Positions 31,801 through 43,783 of a DNA stretch of 64,000 nucleotides are shown one piece after another. Position 1 is the stretch's first letter, and the number at the start of each line of letters is the position of its first letter. Both the position numbers and the translations under genes were made by a program. The DNA lies in assembly GCA_000091205.1 (NCBI GenBank), contig AP006485.2. One strand, written 5' to 3'. The notes under the pieces are model-generated. The model had not been told where the DNA came from. It was given only the letters and a program-made list of their open reading frames with translations, and made no database searches. Source of the stretch: Cyanidioschyzon merolae. Its lineage: Eukaryota.

Positions 31801-33090
31801 ATGTCATGGAGCAGGGTGGGTCGCGTGGTGCTGGGCTTTGCGCTTGGTGGCGCGCTGGCCACGGCCTGGGGCAGCACCAGCTCCTCTGTTGACGCGTACA
31901 AGCGCACACTCCGTCCGCTGCTGTTTCGACTCGAGCCAGAACACGCTCACGATCTGGCGCTTTGGGCGCTATCACACGGTCTAGTGGCCTGGTGGTGCCG
32001 AGCGAGCTCCCAACTCGAACGAAGTGCACACGCTGCCACCTGTGCGGAGCAAGAGGTTCGGCGCGCGCTTCAGAGTACTTGTTGGGGGAAAACGTTCGCA
32101 TCGCCATTTGGTCTCGCTGCCGGTTTCGATAAGGATGGTGTTGCAGTCGACGCGCTGTTTGATTTGGGGTTTGGCTTCGTAGAGGTGGGCAGCGTCACGC
32201 CGCGACCCCAGAGCGGAAACCCCAGACCACGCCTGTTTCGGCTCGAGCCTGACGAAGCGATCATCAATCGAATGGGATTCAACTCAGCAGGATGCGAGGC
32301 TGTGCGAGCGCACCTCAAGCGGCTCAGGGATCGCTCGCACGAGGCTGGACAAGTTGCCACGGCCCGGAATTCTGTTGCGAATACAACGCCAACGCAAACA
32401 ATGCCGGGTAAGAAGCATCTGGGCATCAATATTGGGAAGAATCGCGAAACGAGCGAGGATGACGCCCTCTCCGACTATATTCAGGTGCTCCGAACTCTTG
32501 GAGCTTTTGCGGACTACCTGGTAGTGAACGTCAGCTCACCGAACACGCCTGGTTTACGACTGCTGCAGCGAAAAGAGCGGCTGCGAGACCTCATCCGGCA
32601 GCTGAAGCGCGAACGAGACGATCGTGGCCCGCAGTGGCAGCGGCTGCCGCTCTTGGTCAAGGTTGCTCCAGATCTCAGCGATGAGGAAATCCGAGATATT
32701 GCGGAGATCGTGGTGAGCGAAGGTGTAGATGGTATTGTGGTCACCAATACAACGGTGCAACGACCAGTAACACTCCAGTCTCCCGTGAATCTCGTGCAGC
32801 AGGAGGGCGGCCTGAGCGGCACTCCACTGCGGGACCTAAGCACATACGTCCTTGGTCGTTTCTATCGATACACGCTCGGCAAGGTGCCTCTGATCGGTGT
32901 GGGCGGCATCTTCTCCGGCGCTGACGCGTACGCCAAAATCCGGGCTGGAGCATCACTCGTTCAGCTCTATACGGCGTTGATGTACGAGGGACCCTGCCTT
33001 GTTCCACGTCTTGAGCGGGAACTCGTGCAGTGTCTCCAGCGCGACGGTTACCGGAATATCGTCGAGGCGATCGGTGCAGATCATCGATAG
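31801..33090 (+). CDS. DHODH: Dihydroorotate dehydrogenase (quinone), class 2, with an N-terminal targeting/membrane segment.
   Basis: GFGFVEVGSVTPRPQSGNPRPRLFRL, NRMGFNSAGCEAV, GINIGKN, LVVNVSSPNTPGLR, PLLVKVAPDL, VVTNTT, GVGGIFSGADAYAKIRAGASLVQLYTALMYEGP. The start is ATG. Confidence 0.85.
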   Translation: MSWSRVGRVVLGFALGGALATAWGSTSSSVDAYKRTLRPLLFRLEPEHAHDLALWALSHGLVAWWCRASSQLERSAHAATCAEQEVRRALQSTCWGKTFASPFGLAAGFDKDGVAVDALFDLGFGFVEVGSVTPRPQSGNPRPRLFRLEPDEAIINRMGFNSAGCEAVRAHLKRLRDRSHEAGQVATARNSVANTTPTQTMPGKKHLGINIGKNRETSEDDALSDYIQVLRTLGAFADYLVVNVSSPNTPGLRLLQRKERLRDLIRQLKRERDDRGPQWQRLPLLVKVAPDLSDEEIRDIAEIVVSEGVDGIVVTNTTVQRPVTLQSPVNLVQQEGGLSGTPLRDLSTYVLGRFYRYTLGKVPLIGVGGIFSGADAYAKIRAGASLVQLYTALMYEGPCLVPRLERELVQCLQRDGYRNIVEAIGADHR

Positions 33091-33184
33091 GACGCATTCG
33101 ACGATGAGGGTCACGAGACTGCAGCGTTTTATGTCATGCACTGAGCACTTTATATAGTTCAGGGATACATCAGATCCGATACTC

Positions 33185-33186
<2 letters not shown>

Positions 33187-33220
<34 letters not shown>
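33187..33220. repeat. (GCT)n microsatellite, ~11 units. Another (GCT)7 lies at 36961-36982.
   Basis: gctgctgctgctgctgctgctgctgctgctgctg. Confidence 0.9.
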
Positions 33221-33222
<2 letters not shown>

Positions 33223-33875
33223 TCGCGACACACGATAAAGCGCGTTGTGGATACGTTGTTGACCTCGGGTGTGTTCGAATCGTTAGGATCTCACACATGC
33301 GCAGGGCGTGATCTAAAGTCCATCGATTTCATTAGCGAATACATATTCATTTGAAAAATCCGATCCAAGTCGACGCATGTTCATCAAACGCGAGGTACCA
33401 GCATCCCTGCACGGTGACTACATTCCATCCATATTAGAATGACATGGAGCTAGTCCACTGATCCAATTCGAGCGAACGAGCCAGAGTTTGGGTCTCTCCC
33501 AACTGTGAAGAATACCAGCCAGCCATGACTGGCTTGTAATGAGACTGCTTCCTTTTCCTGTCTCTGATCTCCGGATTTTGAATACGGAGGTCCCTTTTTA
33601 CCCCTATATCCGTCGTCAGCTGTCGAGGATTGCTGCGTGCAGCGCTCAAGTTCCGACTTTGCTGCTTCCGACTCTTCGCAATCTATTTCATGCGTTGACG
33701 ACAGTTTGGATCCACGCTTCGTTTGCCATGTTCATCCTCTTTGCGTACAGCTTCAATGCGCCAGTCCGTGCATCGAAAATCGGCTGCGATCAGGTATGCC
33801 CATAAGTCCATGAGACCACCTTCGAATGCCGCTCTGTGGTGCATGAGCGCTTTCTTCATCGCTCGGGCGATACCC

Positions 33876-34181
33876 TCGACGGGCACAGAAGCTTATGCTC
33901 GATTCCTGGGTATGTTTTTGCAACTGGTGCCGGTCCGTAAGATCATCGGTTACAGCTGGGCGATCCCGAAGCCGAGTACGCTGTCTGCGACACACGCAAG
34001 TGCACGCTGTTGCATTTGGTAGAGGACTCGTTGAAAGTGATATTTTCCGTGACGAAACAAGTACAAGAAGCAAAATCCAACCTGGAGAACACGTCGAAAA
34101 ACTTCCACACGACAACGCTCTCTTTATGCGACCCGATGACGCACGCTTCGATGGATGTGATCGCTGTGCTTTCCAAGCGGA
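33876..34181 (-). mobile_element. 305-bp fragment of the TnpB/Fanzor-like repeat family (copy D). It is a direct repeat of copy C on the other side of DHODH.
   Basis: Nucleotide identity to 30641-30945 with one 2-bp difference and a few substitutions. It carries the same reading frames (…SHPSKRASSGRIKRALSCGSFSTCSPG…). Confidence 0.6.
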
Positions 34182-35742
34182 GCGCAGCGAATCCTCCTGG
34201 TCCCCGTGACGTAACAAATTCCATCGACAAAGCGTCGAAGGAGCCATTCCGAGAACGCGACCGAGAATCCTAAAAGCACATATGAATCTGAAACCTGATA
34301 TGAACGTTTTCAGAATATGGCGGCTGAACATGCAAAACAAGTATCGATAAAAAAACCGATACCCTGGAACAGACCGACCAGTGCATATTTCCATTTGAAT
34401 CGTACAAGGGTGCAGGCTCGACAACGTCAAAGCGGGATCGATCAGAACACTGGAGCGTCGGGAACTACAGTTGAGAGCGCGATGATGCTGGTCGATAGCC
34501 GCTGGGACCTCGAGGTGTCTGCACAGGCGTAGAGGTCTCTTCCGTAGCCGCTGGAAGCACGCGCGTTTCACTGGGCAGTGCGGATGCATCCGCCCTACCG
34601 AGTGCAGAAAAAAGCCATAGGCAACAAGCACGTCTCTTTCCAAAGCAGCGACGCAGTTGCATATTCCGCTAGGCAGGGTGCCTGTTCCGTTCCAGCGAAT
34701 CAGTGGCTGTAGAGCAGCTGCATGGACTCTGGGCTCATAGGCAGCGGTCGTTCGATACCACCAATGCTCGATTGTCGTGCCGCTCGCCTCCGGTGCGTAG
34801 CGGGACAACAACGACAACGACGACCATAGCAACTGCAATGACGGTATGGTATAGAATAAACCGTCTGCTCTCGCTGGAGCAGGGCATCGTCGACATCGCG
34901 AAGCTCGCCTGACAGAGGAGTGCCCCCGAAGCGGAACGCGTCTGCGTCATGCATTCCTCGTGCAGAGGCTACCACCCTGGAGGCAGTTTCCGCATATCGC
35001 GGGCTCTAGCAGCGAGCCCGCCTTCGAAGCAAGTTCGATACGAACGCATATCGTCCGAGTCGAAGGGCCCAATTTAGTTGAAGACTTCTGCTTGCGGTTC
35101 GCGAGAGGAAAGCGAATACACCATGTGACGATGCATGCGTCGCTGATACGATGGATTCCACGCTGCCGTCTCGAAGCGTTGCGTCAAAAACGCTTGAGAA
35201 GCCTCTAGACACAATCACACATGAAGCCGCTGACTGGTACGTTTTCATCGGCCGTTCGCGCTGCTCCACAGACAATCCGGCATGTCCTCAACGGTCTCGT
35301 TTGCGAGCTGTGGTACAGCCTCGCCTGCAACCAGCGCACGCTTAGGACGGTACCCTGATGCCTTTTTCTCGAATACCATGATGCTGGATACGGTATCAAG
35401 CTGCAGACCGGTATCTGGTGGAGTCGCCTTCAAGTCCGAGGCCGACGCGACGAAGTGTCCCTCTGGGGGTATCCCGTGCAACGCTGGCATCGCCACAAGC
35501 GACCTGAACGAGCTTCGCTGACGCAGGGAACTTTCGTCGCTTGTAAACCGGGAATCGATGCAGTCTCGTGGCGTGCGTCGCCTTTGGTCTTTCGTTTACG
35601 AGAGATGAGCACGCGCTAACGCATTGTGCGCGCGTTATCTTCAGCATGACACTCGACAGCGAGATCGTCTTGCGTATGCATATGCTCCGCGTTTCTCGAT
35701 ACAAGCTGGGCGCAGTAGACGAGCCCCCGCCGAATGGCCTCA

Positions 35743-36834
35743 TCAGTTCACGGCATTGGTGCGGGTGCAGTTCGTTCTACGTGTTTGCAACCTCGCTGGC
35801 CGCTGCATGAGTTGTACTCGGTTGAACATTTTCACGTCTTCCGGATCCGCGAATAGTTTCTCCGCAACTCGGCGATATTGTGAGCCGAATGGCGTGAAAT
35901 AAAAAAGAGCCTGCGATGGTTTCACCTCGTGGTACAAAGGCGCGGATCCATCTGCGCTCAGGGTAGAGTGCTCGAGTAGTCGCAGCATGTCGTTGGCACC
36001 TCGTGGACGTCCGTCGGCGTCACTGAGCTCCAGGACGTAGCAGGCGAGCGCGCCTTGCATCTCTGCATAACGCGGCTGATAGATGGGCAGTGTCACCGAT
36101 ACCATGCGCGTTTTCTCGTCGAACTGGTAGTCTCCTACAGCTGGTACGACCTGGTCGGTACCAGCTCCGGCTCCGGCGTTGTTTTCGTGGTGCCAGCTCT
36201 GGTGCGACGCCTCCCAGCGCGTCGACTGCAGCCGGGCCCGGCTTACAAGCGGGTCCTCGGGGGTCGTCATGCCCACAACTTTTCCACCAGGAAAGAAACG
36301 CAGGTACCGGTAGAACGATATGAAGAATACTCTCCGCGAGCCAGTGCCGTCATCACCGCCAATTCGGAGGTACTGCTGTTTCTGAATATATAGGCCGTGG
36401 AACTGCAGGTGCGCTCGACTGCGGAGCATACGACGCCAGCCACCGTAACCGCAGGCAGCTGCTGTGAGTCTCGTCAGAGACTCTCTGTCACCCCAGGCTT
36501 CAAGACAGTGCCTTCGCCACAGCGCAGGATCAAAAGCGATCGATAAGAACGTACGGCAGACGCGACTCACTGAAGCTAAGTCAGCGGGACTGAGAAGTTC
36601 GAAGACGCTGCGCAAGACGTCCCCAGGAAGTTGTTCCACTGGGGACAGGTTTGTCTTCGCTGGACCCGGTTGTTCGACACGAGCAGTGCTGAGTTTGTTA
36701 TCAGCAGCGTCAGTCGTGCTTTCGCAGTCTTCGCAGTGACGCTCACGGGGAACACGCTGGTGGTACAGTGCGAACCACGGTCGCACCAGTGTTTCACTTA
36801 ATAACCGACCAGCCTCACCCGTATACGACACCAT
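35743..36834 (-). CDS. FBXO9: F-box protein of the FBXO9/Hrt3 family.
   Basis: F-box LPGDVLRSVFELLSPADLASVSRVCRTFLSIAFDPALWRRHC. FBXO9/Hrt3 C-domain WRRMLRSRAHLQFHGLYIQKQQYLRIG...FYRYLRFFPGGKVVGMTTPEDP (compare human FBXO9 [21 protein letters not shown]). The start is ATG. Confidence 0.7.
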   Translation of the reverse strand: MVSYTGEAGRLLSETLVRPWFALYHQRVPRERHCEDCESTTDAADNKLSTARVEQPGPAKTNLSPVEQLPGDVLRSVFELLSPADLASVSRVCRTFLSIAFDPALWRRHCLEAWGDRESLTRLTAAACGYGGWRRMLRSRAHLQFHGLYIQKQQYLRIGGDDGTGSRRVFFISFYRYLRFFPGGKVVGMTTPEDPLVSRARLQSTRWEASHQSWHHENNAGAGAGTDQVVPAVGDYQFDEKTRMVSVTLPIYQPRYAEMQGALACYVLELSDADGRPRGANDMLRLLEHSTLSADGSAPLYHEVKPSQALFYFTPFGSQYRRVAEKLFADPEDVKMFNRVQLMQRPARLQTRRTNCTRTNAVN

Positions 36835-38594
36835 CGCACCTCTACGAACACAACATTTCGTCTGAGTCGTTTCACGTCAGAATCTGGTCTCTTTCGTAGC
36901 CGTTGTGTGCAGCTGCGTTCACCGAGTCGAGTACCGTTGCCCAGTCAACGAACGATATCGGCTGCTGCTGCTGCTGCTGCTGATGTTGCGCCCTCTGGCG
37001 TTGTGCAGAACGTGCGAGTCAACTTCCTTCTGCTGGACTCGCTCAGGCGATCCATGGACTTGGGGTGTTCTCTATTGAGAGGAAATCACCTGAACAACGT
37101 GTTCTTCTCCAGATGATGGAAAAGCTGCGGTTTTCCTGTGCATGAAGCCCCGAACATGCCATTGATAAGTTTTTAGGAATGCATCGCGCGATATGTTATG
37201 CTGGAGGATTCATTAAGCGAATCAGAATTCCCCGATGTACGATAGCTGTCGGCATCAAGGGGTGAAAGTCTCGCTGTTTGCGGGAGGTATCTAGAGTCCT
37301 GCAACAGTTTTAGACTCATTTGGAGGTCCAGGGTCGGCGTTTGTTCTATCCAGCAACACTGGTACGCCGGGTGCCCGCACTTCTTGTACCGGATGGACCA
37401 ACCCGATCCTCTACAGAAGCAAAACGTCTTGACAGTCGTTATCAAAGCCCCGAATGCATACCGAATGACGGGATGGATTTCTCTGCAGCATGGACGCTTG
37501 GCATCGATCGACCGCAGGTTGCAACGCTTCCAGCGGGAAAGCGTCTGCACGAGATATCGGCTCCTGGGCGACGTAGGCATTGTGGACGACATGGAATCCA
37601 CGACGCTGACCATGCGGACAGAGAGCGCACATAACAGACGCAGTTCAGGCTCAAGCACGCTTCCGGTTTTTTACACGGCAACCGTGGAATGCATCGCACT
37701 AGTGTCATTGTCTCACGCGAAATGCGAGTCCATGTCATGGTAGGCAGTCGTCGCCAGTTCTCTGCCGCACACTGCATACCTAGCGGGCAGCGTTCGATGC
37801 CTGGTAGATGCAGGAGGCACATCCGTACGAAGAAAATCGCTCCCAATGAACGTTCCATCATGCAACGCGTCTGTACCTGTGAAGTGTCCATGCCTCGAGC
37901 CCTGGAGACGTGCACGCAATGAGCCTGCGGAGCGAGGAATGCTCATCCCCGTGGTATCGTGCCGCGTTTCACAGGGTGGAAGGCCCAGACACGTGATCGC
38001 ATGCCCATGCGCATCTAACATGACAACACGTCCAGGGGTTCAACATCTGCGGCACGGCTGGCTCGGCGGGCACCACAGGTCGCCACCGGCTCTGGGTGTC
38101 CATCGAGCCGCGCGGCGGTCGGTAATGGGACTCGGGCTGCATCTCGCGTGCCGTTGGATAGAGCTGTCCATTTAGATTCCTTATTATACCATTTATGACT
38201 ATGATGTCCGGTTCGTGTGTAAACAAGGGATGCAAACCTGATCATCGGATCGGCGCTGCTATCCTAGAAATCGTTTACCTCGAGTCTTCGCAAAACAGAG
38301 TGTGCGTACTGTATTTGTTCGGTGACGAGGTCGACTTGACGTATACGAATCCGTGGACCGCGAGTTAACCATAATAAGTGCATCCAGATTGCGAGCTATT
38401 CGCAGCTAGTTTATAGACGCACCTGAACCGTAACGTCCGCAGTCACTGCTTGGCCGTGCGAGCTGGCGACGAACGTCTACAACGAGGAACTGCGCACGAA
38501 CGCCAGCACCGCGCGTGTGCCAGGAACAGCAGGGCACACTTCTCTAGAGGACGTTGGGAGCGAACCCCCGTTTATCTTGGAAGATGGTCAGAAA

Positions 38595-40322
38595 ATGAAA
38601 GCGCACGACTCATTGTGGCCTCTGAGCGAGCAAGGCCCATCGAGTTGTCGTCAACCAGGAGAGCGTGTTCGCCGGCAGCTACCCCAAAGCATGACTTTAG
38701 GCAGAGCCACGGGTATGAAGCGCAAACCCAATGACTCTGGAACGCAAAAGATAGCACCAGGTGCAGCACAAGATTCCAATGAACTGGACACGTTGGAAGC
38801 GGCCTCGCCGTTCACCAGGGCGGGACAGCCCCTGAAACCGACTGTCACTGCGGAGACCGTCGCCTCCGGTGCCACCTGCTCGCAACAGGCAAGTCCTGAC
38901 CCTGAATATTACGGAGAATCGTCACGAGACCGATGGTCGCAAGCGCTGGATGATGCCGTGCGATGGACCAGCAGCGATGCAGCTTGGGGCTCAGAGGCGA
39001 CGCCTGCGCTTCCAGGAGCCAGCTGCGTATCGGATCAATCCGCGCAGACAAAGGAACCGCTACTGCCGTCCGAACGACATCCGTTGTCCTCGCGAGACGT
39101 TTCACCGTCGTCGCTTCTGGAGACCACGGGTAGCGTGTCCGGTGCCGCGCCTCAGCACGATATGGAGCCAGTCACCGTGTACGCTCTCGCAGGTCAGCGA
39201 CTCGATGCAGGTATGGCGGCAGGCACGTCTCTGAGCCACAGCACGGACAGCTCAGCGGGAACAAGCAGCCAATCGTCCGGTAATGCGGCAACAGTGGTGA
39301 CTGGCGTGAAGCTCCAACTCACTTCAAATCAAGCATCCTGGCGAGAATCTGCCGCGGAATCGGCAGAGCTCATCGTATATCCGAGTCAAAATGACGATAC
39401 TCGGCAGCATGCCTCTAGTCGCGGACGCACACTCCAAGAAGAGTCAATGGAGAACAGGGATTCCTGGCCAATTCTCCAGCTGCTCTCGGAGGCTGGCTTT
39501 GGCGCTCGTCTGGATTCGAATACGGAAAACCCGGCAGGGCTGCGCGCTTTTCGGCAGTCACCATTCAACTTCTACGATAGCCCGCTTCGGCAGCACGTTT
39601 TTGTCGAGTGGAACACTGGTCATACTGGATTTACTCCTGAACCTTGCAACGCTTGGCAGCCAATGGTTTCAGATGCAGAAGCGTTTCGAGATTCATCACC
39701 AGCGTCTCGAGTGTTCTCCCCGGGTCTCACGGTCTGGGCCACAGACGGATCTCCAGCCAGTGGTGCAGAGCTCTCCGGACGTGACGTTTTCGAGGCCCCA
39801 GCAGAATCACCGCAACCTCTCACGCGTGCCTACTCTTCGACTGACGCCGAGCCTTCTGTGAAGTCTGCTGAGGCGCTTCGGGGCCCTGATGTCAAGAATG
39901 GCGGCGCTGGCGAATCCATCGGCGAAAGAGAGCTTCGGATTGCTGCGGAAAGAGCGCAGATACCGGTTTCACTCCGCGAGCGCACTTCGGAGAAGGCTCT
40001 GCAAGCAGCCGCAGATGCCACGTCCGATATGGAAGCGCTCGTAGCGGACTTGCGGCAGCGATTGCAGGAACTGCATCCGAGTGACCATTGGACAATATGG
40101 AGTTGTATGCAGGCGCTTGCCGCTGGAGAGTGCAGCGCTTCGACTTGCGCGCCGTGCTCAGCTGCTTCCTCGAAGCGACGAGACGACGCGGACACAAGCA
40201 CGACAGTCCGCAATGCAGCTGAAACGCTAGCCATTCAGTTGCTTTCACGTCGCGATACCGTAGGGCATCGAGACGCGAGCACGCCTCCGGTGTTTGATCC
40301 GCAGGGCTCGACGCTTTTTTAA
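38595..40322 (+). CDS. Hypothetical acidic Ser/Ala/Thr/Pro-rich low-complexity protein.
   Basis: A continuous 576-aa ORF from the first ATG. Compositionally biased, with no recognisable domain. Its coding status rests on ORF length only. Confidence 0.3.
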   Translation: MKAHDSLWPLSEQGPSSCRQPGERVRRQLPQSMTLGRATGMKRKPNDSGTQKIAPGAAQDSNELDTLEAASPFTRAGQPLKPTVTAETVASGATCSQQASPDPEYYGESSRDRWSQALDDAVRWTSSDAAWGSEATPALPGASCVSDQSAQTKEPLLPSERHPLSSRDVSPSSLLETTGSVSGAAPQHDMEPVTVYALAGQRLDAGMAAGTSLSHSTDSSAGTSSQSSGNAATVVTGVKLQLTSNQASWRESAAESAELIVYPSQNDDTRQHASSRGRTLQEESMENRDSWPILQLLSEAGFGARLDSNTENPAGLRAFRQSPFNFYDSPLRQHVFVEWNTGHTGFTPEPCNAWQPMVSDAEAFRDSSPASRVFSPGLTVWATDGSPASGAELSGRDVFEAPAESPQPLTRAYSSTDAEPSVKSAEALRGPDVKNGGAGESIGERELRIAAERAQIPVSLRERTSEKALQAAADATSDMEALVADLRQRLQELHPSDHWTIWSCMQALAAGECSASTCAPCSAASSKRRDDADTSTTVRNAAETLAIQLLSRRDTVGHRDASTPPVFDPQGSTLF

Positions 40323-40892
40323 GTCTCTGTTCGAAAGACGTTTCCACTTGCGGTACGTTCTTCTCGGCATTTGAGGAGGTACCGATGCACGGTACAACGT
40401 TGACGCTTTCTAAAGTTTCCATTTGAAAATATTTGGACATTTGATGCATCTTTCGCGCTATTCGAAGCGGTGTGAATGCGGCGAGCGCATGAACACGCCT
40501 GCTCAGATCCACGCACTGGTACTGGTACACTGGTACACTTTCCTGCGCCGATGTGAGCGCATGTTGCAGCTGTAGACAGCCGTCGCTTTCTACGCAACCA
40601 TTCTGGGCATGGGAGGTATGGCGTGGACAGCTGCGTGCAACCGTTGTCGTTGCGTGAATGTACAGGCAGCGTCGCACGGGCGTCATTACCACGGCATGAG
40701 GTTCTCCGAGCGTCCATTTGGAGGCAGCGTTGCCGTGAGATGCTCGCAACGCTATTTCGGAGCTTATCAGTCTAACGATGGTTAGCATCCACGATAGGCG
40801 CGATAGCTCAAGAAGGTCGCTCGATAGAGTATGAGGATCATGCATGGGGTAATCTCTGGCGGGTGCTCGTTGGACCTACTGCCATGTCGGAT

Positions 40893-42262
40893 TCAAAGCG
40901 AACGCTGAACAGCTCGTTCCGCTCCTGCTTTGTGATTCTTTTCTGAACGTTTTTATTTGACGCCAACGCTAGCCATTCGAAAAGCATAAACAGGTGTTCG
41001 TGGACTCGTGTATAGTTTTGGGATTCCTGTGAGCGTGCCTCCATCGACGCTTTGCAGATGGGATGCGTTCTCCTCATCGGCATCAGGATGACGCTCGATT
41101 CTGTCCAATATGCTTACCTACATGCATCCCCGCTACTCCTTTCCGTAAACGTACAAGAATCAACAAGTTCGCTCTTCGAGGTCTCCAGCTTACCGTGTTC
41201 ACGGCAACGCGTAGGTACGGCAACTCACGTCGCTGGAGACGCTGGAAAGAGAGCACAACGTCGTCCCTGACCGACTTGCTCGCTAGCTTGTAGTGAGCGC
41301 CCACTGCGCTCGTCACCTCAAAGGTAACCCATGTCGTCCGAAAGCCGTACCCTACGCTCTTCGTTGCCACCGACGAAGAGACACTCGACGAGACCGGCCT
41401 GCTGCCTCTCACGGCATACGCGCACAGGCGCCCCGGGTATCCTCTGTTTGCACTGATAACGGTCTGCGACTCAGACTCGAGTCATCGCAGCAGTCGCTTC
41501 GCGTAGCGCGTACGTCACCGCGTCGGACAGCGTTGCGCGTTGACGGACCAGGATCAACCCCGGAGTGCTTCCCCAGCCTGGAGGCTCTCTCGCTCTCTCC
41601 GGTCCCTGCTTCACCACGATCGGTATCGCGTTCCGGAACTCGTCTATAGAATGGAACAGCGAGCGCTTGTGTATGCAGCAGATAGCCTATTCACCGACAC
41701 GATCGCTCAGAAGGAGCTCGTGATCCCACGGTACTGCACCGAGTGCGGACACCAGGCATGGCAACCCGGAGAGCCCGCTGTACCTTCAAGCGGCGTCTAC
41801 GGACTGACGGAGCAAGCGATCATACGTCACTGCAGACAAGTACGCGGTAACGCATGCGCTGTGGCAGACGTACGTGTATGCGTATCGAACGAGAAGCGAT
41901 TGTGAGTGTATCGACGGGCGACCCGCGGTTGTATCCAAGGACGATCATGGAAATGGGAAGCGCAGTCTAGATGCCAAGCTCCGCCTGTGCATAAAATGCG
42001 TCGATGAGCGTCGGAAATCGCGGAATCGGGACTTGAGCACGACCATCAGAGTGTTGCAACGATCGACACTGGAAGAAGAGGGACCCTGCGGATGTATGTG
42101 GTGACAGTCGGATATCTGATCGAGGAAAAGGAACCCGTCGCATACAAGACCCGCAAATGCTCGTCTTTACGCCAACTGAAACACAAATCCAATATTCATC
42201 CTGAATCTCCGAGTCCTGCAAGTTGACCATTCCACTTTATACGCTGACACGAACGCTAAACG
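40893..42262 (+). mobile_element. ~1.37-kb TnpB/Fanzor-like element, copy A. It carries a TnpB-type ORF broken across three + frames (IS1341/IS607-like tnpB-only architecture).
   Basis: Frame 41293: ...GIRAQAPRVSSVCTDNGLRLRLESSQQSLRVARTSPRRTAL (RuvC-I-like GIDLG...SDG region). Frame 41540: RYRVPELVYRMEQRALVYAADSLFTDTIAQKELVIPRYCTECGH (zinc finger CxxC). Frame 41874: LCIKCVDERRKSRNRDLSTTIRVL (second CxxC plus RuvC-III-like RDxNAAxNI). It is near-identical to 48628-49997 with a constant 7,735-bp offset. Confidence 0.6.
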
Positions 42263-42382
42263 CTCAAGTTCGCTGGAGCGCTACCCTGAGGGCAGCTCGC
42301 GCGCCGCCGATGGCACGAATCCCTCTGAACATGCCGTGGACCTGCTGGATACCGGTATCGTGAACGCTGACATTGTGAACCC

Positions 42383-42841
42383 ATGTTTCGCCTGGGGTTT
42401 TCCATCCAGCGTCATGCTCCAAAGTGCCCGTTTTTGCATATAGAACTGCCAACGCGACAAAGGCGCACAGCGGTGTGCCCAGCGGCGAAAACCGCGGTCA
42501 CTGCCTCTCGTCGCCCGAGGCTTGCTATGGTGATCCCCGGTGACTCGCAAGCAGAGTTTGTTTTTCTCAGCGGAACCGTAACGTTCTTGAACGTCTACCA
42601 AAACCTCTTATTTGCTCGCATTATTTTGAGCTGGTTTCCGGCTGCGAGCCAGTTGAGTCTATTACAGCCGCTGTACGTGGTATGTGACCCGTTCTTGCGC
42701 TTTTTTCAGGGCATCTTACCACCAGTGGCGGGTATCGACTTTTCGCCGATCTTAGGGTTTACACTTTTACAGCTAGGTGCGAGGCTAACGGCGGCGCTCG
42801 GTCAGGAGTGCCCCAGCCGCGACGTTGCCAAGGCACCCTAA
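42383..42841 (+). CDS. YGGT-family membrane protein (Ycf19/YlmG-like, plastid/cyanobacterial type) with an N-terminal presequence.
   Basis: FLNVYQNLLFARIILSWFPAASQLSLLQPLYVVCDPFLRFFQGILPPVAGIDFSPILGFTLLQLGARLTAAL matches the YGGT signature (…WFP…CDP.L..FRGIIPP.GG.D.SPI…). The start is ATG. Confidence 0.7.
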   Translation: MFRLGFSIQRHAPKCPFLHIELPTRQRRTAVCPAAKTAVTASRRPRLAMVIPGDSQAEFVFLSGTVTFLNVYQNLLFARIILSWFPAASQLSLLQPLYVVCDPFLRFFQGILPPVAGIDFSPILGFTLLQLGARLTAALGQECPSRDVAKAP

Positions 42842-43783
42842 GCGCCTAGTGTGTTTGTGGTGTGACGTTATTCGCGCGCCAGTCTCGCCCAGCGGTTGTC
42901 GGTTCGTGCCTAGCAGCGCATCGTATCCAAAGTTGATCGTTCCCTGCTACGAATACGACGGGAGACACTGTTGCGTGTTTTCGCTGGAACGACGGATATC
43001 GGCTGGCTTGGAACGTTGGCGTCGTCGGGGAATCCACCTAGGCTAGCGTGTTATCGAAGAATCGGAACTGAGTACGATGAGTCTTGGCTAATATAGCGAT
43101 CGTGGTAATGCGCTACGGCTTTGGTGAGCAGGTTCCTCGGGAGCGTCGTGCTTGACGTCAGACGTAGCTGCTTGACAGGGAGAGAGCGAACGCGAGTTCG
43201 TGGGAATGTTATCCGATCTGCATTGGAGGCAGCTTTATCGCCCCTGAGCCTCGTCTCTGCAACACTTGTGACGTCGCTGATCCTTGCGGTTGTCTTTGAT
43301 GAATGAATTGCAGCTGGTTATGGTATGAGGCAGTGCTCCGTCGTGCATGCAGTGTGCCTTTCGATGGTCCGAATCGTTCGGTGTCGAGCGCACTTCTCAG
43401 GGTCACGGCGTTGCGCGTGGCCTAATGTCTGCGCTAGCGACGGTAGCGCGGTGATGAAGATGTCGCATCCTGGACCCGCATGACAGCTGCAAATCAAACG
43501 AAGACTCTACGGGAACACAGACTTATATCGTTTCGTAGCCAGCCAAGAAAAAATGTTTGCGGAGAAGGTGCGCTCTAGAGCGACCCTTTGCGTGGAAGCG
43601 ATAGTTGATGTGTTCCGGGCATTTGTCAGGCACCCTGCTACTTGCTTCCTCGCTGATACCACAGCGTATAAAATCCATCATATTCGGGCGGGAATCGCTC
43701 TCGGCTGGAGTCAGGGCACCGAAAGCTGTCCCAGCAACCGCGTACCTACAGATAGCTGGATATGCCGGCACCAGCGACACGAC

